Source: Hydractinia symbiolongicarpus
Lineage: Eukaryota
DNA: 64,000 nucleotides
Assembly (NCBI RefSeq): GCF_029227915.1
Contig: NC_079879.1
Location: forward strand, 27,443,095-27,507,094
Direction: 5' to 3'
Shown here: positions 59,569-64,000 of the stretch, piece after piece
Numbering within the stretch: position 1 is the stretch's first letter
How the letters are laid out: the number at the start of each line of letters is the position of its first letter
Notes under the pieces: model-generated
What the model was told of the DNA's origin: nothing
Database searches by the model: none
What the model saw: only the letters and a program-made list of their open reading frames with translations
Program-made: the position numbers and the translations under genes

Positions 59569-60321
59569 CTAAATTCAAAACTGTGCATTGCAGCGCAAAG
59601 CAATTTTTTTCAAATAATCGTAATATCTCCAACTAAGTGGGATTTTGGAAGAAATATCCATCCATTCCAAGTGCAGATCTGACGCATATTTCTAAACACA
59701 CAAAAAGACAGTGTTGGTTCGTAACAACAGAATATCTCCCAGTTTTGCAAACCAGTACACTTTCATTCCTTATGCAATGTAAAATATCGCAAACAATTTT
59801 GTTTCTAATTTTCCTTCATCATATGATCTTTTTCGACTGACGTGCAAATTCCAGGTTTGGGTATAATGAGATGTTACCATGGCAAAATTTCTGTGTTAAA
59901 TTATTGACAGAGAATAACAAGTTAAACAGGTCGAACTATCAAAAGCTATTTTTAATATGGGGGTTAGTTCTCCTGCATACAGGCTAACTTGTAGGGTATA
60001 GTTGTAGGATATACTTGCAGGGTATACCTGCAGGGTGCACTTGCAGGATATAATTGCAAGGTTTATTTAAAAAAATCATCCTTATTTCTGCTGTTTTACA
60101 CAAGGCATGGTAATTACTCAAACACAGAACTTTTAGGCATATAATACACTAAGATACGTAAAATACTAATGCACCATACACTCGTACACACGCACAACTC
60201 ATCATGCTCATAGTGCAAATTATTAGTGGCTTGGATTTCTGTTACCATCGTTTTTAAGTCAGAGCTATTAATTGTAAAACACCAAAAAGAAAATTCTGAA
60301 ATGAATTTCAATGTTACTTAC

Positions 60322-60435
60322 ACTTTCCAAATACTTTGAAATCACTCTCCCATCTTGATCATGGTAATTGATGACAACACTCTCTATCCATGCGTCATCC
60401 GTGTTTCGTGGATCTTCAATTGCACCGTCGTACAA
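60322..60435 (-). CDS. NUDT9-homology (ADP-ribose pyrophosphatase) domain, Nudix-box exon of a TRPM2-like or NUDT9 gene
   Basis: Product LYDGAIEDPRNTDDAWIESVVINYHDQDGRVISKYLES, donor gtaagt. Compare NUDT9 [29 protein letters not shown] and TRPM2 [22 protein letters not shown]. Confidence 0.75.
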
Positions 60436-60526
60436 CTGAAATGAAATAATGTCAGTTCCTATGGTTACTCAAACATTAAGTGACACTTAATGTTTAATTT
60501 AAGATTAAATCAAGAATCTACTGCAC

Positions 60527-60694
60527 CTTTTCCTTTTTAGAAAGTATTTCTTCACATTTTTCTGTATAATATCTTTTTCTCTCATCATCAAGTCGTAAGT
60601 TTTCGTCATTTAGAATGTCGATGTGAAAGAGCGTACTTAAGATAGGTGGTATCAGCTCTTCACTTTTATGAGACTCGCATTTTGTTACCGGACC
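60527..60694 (-). CDS. NUDT9-homology domain exon
   Basis: Product GPVTKCESHKSEELIPPILSTLFHIDILNDENLRLDDERKRYYTEKCEEILSKKEK. GT-AG boundaries, phase 0-0. Confidence 0.6.
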
Positions 60695-60875
60695 CTAACA
60701 ATAAGAATAAAATAGCAATACCAACAAAATGTTTTCGAATTTTTAAATATTTTAAAAAACTGAAGTATATATAAAGAAAGAAAAAAGCCCATGCAATCCA
60801 CTTTAAATGAGGTTATATGAATTCGACCAGAAACCGTATATAAAGATTTACTCATTTAAGTTTGTAGTCACTTAC

Positions 60876-60981
60876 GATCGGAATATTTATGGTACCAGAC
60901 TTGATTTCTTTGATGACAAGAACTTGTAGGATTTTCAAACCATTTGCCCCAAGTTCGATACCAGTCAAACCTGGTTTCCAT
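60876..60981 (-). CDS. NUDT9-homology domain exon
   Basis: Product (R)WKPGLTGIELGANGLKILQVLVIKEIKSGTINIPI. Compare NUDT9 [41 protein letters not shown]. Confidence 0.65.
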
Positions 60982-61994
60982 CTAGAGGTGAATAATTTTT
61001 TTTTAAACCTTACCTTCAAAACATTGTTTAAAATACTTGTAAAATGCAATCGAGGTAACAATTACGTAGGCATGATATAAAACAACCTTTCCACGTTGCT
61101 GCAAGCTGCGCGAAGCGATTCGCAAATGGACGATAAATTTTACATACTTTAATTCGCTATATTTTTGCACGCATACGGATACATGGAAATAGGTGTCCAA
61201 ATATATTTTACGCGCAGTTAAGGCCGCACAAATATTATGCACGTTTTTTTTTTGTAAGATATCAGGCTGGAATTTCAGTTTAAAAACAGTAGGTTTACTG
61301 TTTCACGGCTTTTCCCTTTACTTTATTTTTCTTTCATTATTGTTACATTGTTTGTGTTTCTAGTTCGATGTAAAGTTAATTTCTGAAAACGTTTTAGTGT
61401 TGAAAAACTGCACCATTCTTCATTTATAGCTTGTTAGCCGAAAGCAAACCAAATCAAAGCGAATGAACGCAATTTAGCCATTAAAAACGACTTTTGTATT
61501 TGCTAGGACACTTCTTGAAAATTCAACGTAAAACTTTTAATGGTTGTATCACACATTTCTTCCTTTTTCTCACACTTCGACTCTCTCTATGTGGGTGAGG
61601 TTTTCTTCATGTTTATCGCATACTGATCTGACTTTTTTAATGTACATAGAAGATTGCAAACTGCGGTTCTTAAATCAAGATGCCTGGAAATTCCTTAGTT
61701 TAGAAGCATATGAGTTATTATTGGAGGATTGTAATCAGTTCTAAATAACATCGACAAAACACACCTTGTCACAATCGTTTCCACAATTTCGTTTGAACCG
61801 AATGTTTTAAGTAAGCCCTTTCCAACTAAGCCTGATCTTCCAAGTGGGTTACTAAAACATAATTTGTAGTTTGTAAAGATAATTAAAGTTTCGTTCTCTT
61901 AGAAGGAAAACTTTAGCTTGAAGACTACATCAAACAGCACAATTTCGAAAAAACAAATTTGGTCTATGTAGTTAGTACACATAATATATTGTAC

Positions 61995-62080
61995 CGTGGT
62001 CGATCAGTTGTATTGTCATTATCATCATCTGATGGAAAGAAAGCTCGCACATTGTTAGGTGCGTATTCTGGAAATTCCAC
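61995..62080 (-). CDS. NUDT9-homology domain exon
   Basis: Product VEFPEYAPNNVRAFFPSDDDNDNTTDRP. Compare NUDT9 VEWQDYKPVEYTA. Confidence 0.6.
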
Positions 62081-62501
62081 CTATGGAAAGAATTTTTTTA
62101 AGGCGTGAGTATACAAAAGAGATGCGACATTTTAACAACGGTGCTTATATGAGATATATTGGTAAAGGAAGCCAAGTTCTGCAAAGATGATGAATCGAGT
62201 GGGACTTGAACCCAATTGAAAAGAAAAATGTAAATCATGTTTGTCTAATATTTTATAAAAAAGAAGAACAAGAAAATTGGACTTTAGTCTGACATTTCGT
62301 TATGTTTTTGACATGTTTAGCCTAAAGTTGTTCCTATTTGGTTTGTTTCTATATATCAACATATTAGAAATTTTTGCACGCAAAATCTAAATTTACTCAA
62401 ATTTCGCAAAATCGCAACAACATCTCAAAATATCAATAATTATGTGACACCTTCCTTAAACATCGACAAAATGTTCAACGGCGAAAAAGAACATGACTTA
62501 C

Positions 62502-62744
62502 ATTCCATGACACGTTCTGAGGGGTAACAAAAAATCTTTTTGTAGCTGTTAATGGATAATGAACATCTGCTTTGAGATTGGAGTCGAAGTCACATTTGGT
62601 TAACGCTCTTTCTCTTCCAAGTCTGTCATGATCCTTGTAAAGAGCAAAACAGTGACGTTTCTTTATTAGTGAAAAACCCAACGCAGTAGCAGTAAGTGCA
62701 CACAAGCCCAGTTTTACGTTTATATATTCCTGATAGAGTTTCTG
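62502..62744 (-). CDS. Coiled-coil to NUDT9-H junction exon
   Basis: Product QKLYQEYINVKLGLCALTATALGFSLIKKRHCFALYKDHDRLGRERALTKCDFDSNLKADVHYPLTATKRFFVTPQNVSWN, donor gtaagt. The stretch HYP...VTPQNVSWN corresponds to TRPM2 HIYYPVSGSEVPRYPVPEEKVPWETEF and NUDT9 [24 protein letters not shown]. Confidence 0.6.
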
Positions 62745-62785
62745 CTTTAATAAAAATAGGTTAGAAAACTTTTAAATCCTCTTAC

Positions 62786-62870
62786 TTGCATTAAAAGTGT
62801 TCTTATATCATCTTCGAGTGATTCTAATCTTGAAGGAAGATTCAGTGCTTCTTTATTTTTCGCATCAAGC
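62786..62870 (-). CDS. Coiled-coil exon, resembling the C-terminal coiled coil of TRPM channels
   Basis: Product (K)LDAKNKEALNLPSRLESLEDDIRTLLMQ, donor gtaaga. It is in phase with the flanking exons. Confidence 0.55.
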
Positions 62871-63464
62871 CTACCAATCAAAACGTTAAAATTCAAAGTA
62901 ATGAGGAGAATGAAATTTAAATGGATACATTAAGGTTAAACAAATATATCAGTTTGGTTTTTATATTTTATTTCTTGGAACCTACAACTTACTTAACAGT
63001 TTGCAAAAAGTCTAAACTCTCGACTTCTATAAATTGCAGAAAAGGCAAGCAACGTATAAAACGCATTAGTTTCACTTTCTAACACGTTTGCTTTACGCGA
63101 TAATCATGACAACGCCTTGAAATGAAATAAATGGCATAGTAAAGTAAGCAACAACTGGCATATTTTATAGTTTGGATTTAGTGAAATAACCCGGGATCCG
63201 CTGGCAAGTTTAAATTGCGTGTATATTAAATTACTTGTGGAGTGAACTTCACAATTTACCGCCTTGTCTCATAATAAAAGGGTTGTAGTTGCGGTTTATT
63301 GCAAGAGAATAATTTTTCGTGTTGTATTTTCGTTAAATTTTTATCTATTTAATATTTACTACTTTACTACCTACAATGGATTAACCTACAACTGATGTGG
63401 GTTAAGTTCAGGTCGTGAAAAACTTTTCTAGACTCAACTTTTATTTTGTTTCTAAGTCACTTAC

Positions 63465-63652
63465 TTTTTAAGTGTTTCATGTTTACTTTTTCTGTTTATA
63501 GAAATATCCTTTGCAGTACAAAGTGCCAAACATTCTCGTTCAAATCCAGCCAGCTCACTTTTTTCATCTTCTGTTATATCTAAAGCAAGAAAATAATTCT
63601 GAGAAAGATTTTCAAATGAAAGTTCTATAATTTTATCGTGGAAAGTATGCAT
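63465..63652 (-). CDS. Upstream exon of the same gene. Its 5' boundary is unresolved and the gene continues beyond the window end.
   Basis: Product ...ELSFENLSQNYFLALDITEDEKSELAGFERECLALCTAKDISINRKSKHETLK, donor gtaagt. It resembles the post-TRP-box region of TRPM2 (VQKENFLSKMEKRRRDSEGE). No acceptor is found before the ORF start. Confidence 0.4.
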
Positions 63653-64000
63653 ATTTTAGATTGTAAACACAAAAAGATGTAAATACAGAATTTTGAGGCG
63701 CAAAGCACAAAACGGTTAAAAAGCAGGAAGATAATAATGCCATCACTTCCGCAATCTCTCATAATTTTTATATTTTGAATTAATTAGAAACTGAAAAAAC
63801 AGTACTTGAAGATATATCTTGAGCTTCTTCATCACTTTTAAACAATTAGATTTCTTACCATTAAACAACGAATGAGGGCAGCACGTTGAACTAAATATCA
63901 AGGTTTTAACTATTTCGTAAATATTTGGAATAATTGAAAACGGCATAGGTACTGCGGAACGCGTTTGATATTCTTGCATAATGAAGTATCGATTGAATTT

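Noticed and set aside
60114-60311. ORF 60114–60311 taken as an independent gene
   Set aside because: It more likely contains the 3' terminal exon of the NUDT9-H/TRPM2-like gene (NLHYEHDEL resembles the conserved LYASH region). The acceptor and phase could not be resolved, so it is not annotated as a CDS.

Overview
This window is eukaryotic nuclear DNA, not prokaryotic. It is AT-rich, its genes are split by GT-AG introns, and it is dense in transposable elements and satellites. The gene content looks like an invertebrate metazoan, possibly a cnidarian. I found no CRISPR array, operon or prokaryotic-type defence system. All coordinates below were derived by eye; treat exon boundaries as accurate to about ±2 bp and repeat or element edges to about ±10 bp.

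Genes I can support:
- A 9-exon SLC17-family (sialin-like) anion transporter on the + strand, 6387–12997.
- An island of intronless genes between the intron-rich genes (about 13.5–25.3 kb). It holds a FERM-domain gene on the − strand (21196–22338), a 3'-truncated, near-identical duplicate of it inside a ~2.16-kb direct segmental duplication (13547–15704 and 19495–21652), two adjacent uncharacterised ORFs between the duplicated copies (17138–17641 and 17697–18518), and an F-box/LRR gene on the − strand (24219–25322).
- A 28-exon major vault protein gene (MVP) on the − strand, 26573–37731. The exon lengths sum to 2550 nt, which gives 849 aa.
- Two tandem CPPED1-like metallophosphoesterase paralogs on the + strand. 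Copy B (55314–57245) is intact with two exons. Copy A (39341 to 53918) has an in-frame stop at the end of its first-exon homology and a 10.6-kb intron filled with transposons.
- A multi-exon gene on the − strand (60322 to beyond the window end) that encodes a coiled coil followed by a NUDT9-homology ADP-ribose pyrophosphatase domain. This is most likely the C-terminus of a TRPM2-like channel.

Mobile elements and repeats:
- Two non-autonomous Mutator-like elements with perfect 9-bp target-site duplications (907–2215 and 37904–39327). The second sits in the ~190-bp head-to-head promoter between MVP and CPPED1 copy A, 14 bp from the copy-A ATG.
- A Harbinger-type MITE with a TTA target-site duplication (23826–24114) and a second Harbinger-derived MITE (52317–52924).
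- A 630-bp MITE with 30-bp TIRs (42928–43558).
- A degenerate Penelope-like element with RT and GIY-YIG endonuclease remnants (about 48950–50480).
- A ~7.7-kb nested TE block bounded by ~90-bp inverted repeats (about 43808–51500). It carries frameshifted integrase-like fragments and a HECT-domain (G2E3-like) gene flanked by inverted minisatellite arrays.
- Satellites and minisatellites: an 88-bp unit (1–285), a 17-bp unit (23400–23750), a ~23-bp unit in inverted arrays, and a 197-bp unit (58776–59568). Palindromic (AGCT)n microsatellites recur across the window.

The observations I think most deserve follow-up are the intronless gene island with its unknown ORF pair and recent duplication, the Mutator-like insertion in the MVP/CPPED1 bidirectional promoter together with the decay of CPPED1 copy A, and the inverted-array-flanked integrase plus HECT unit.
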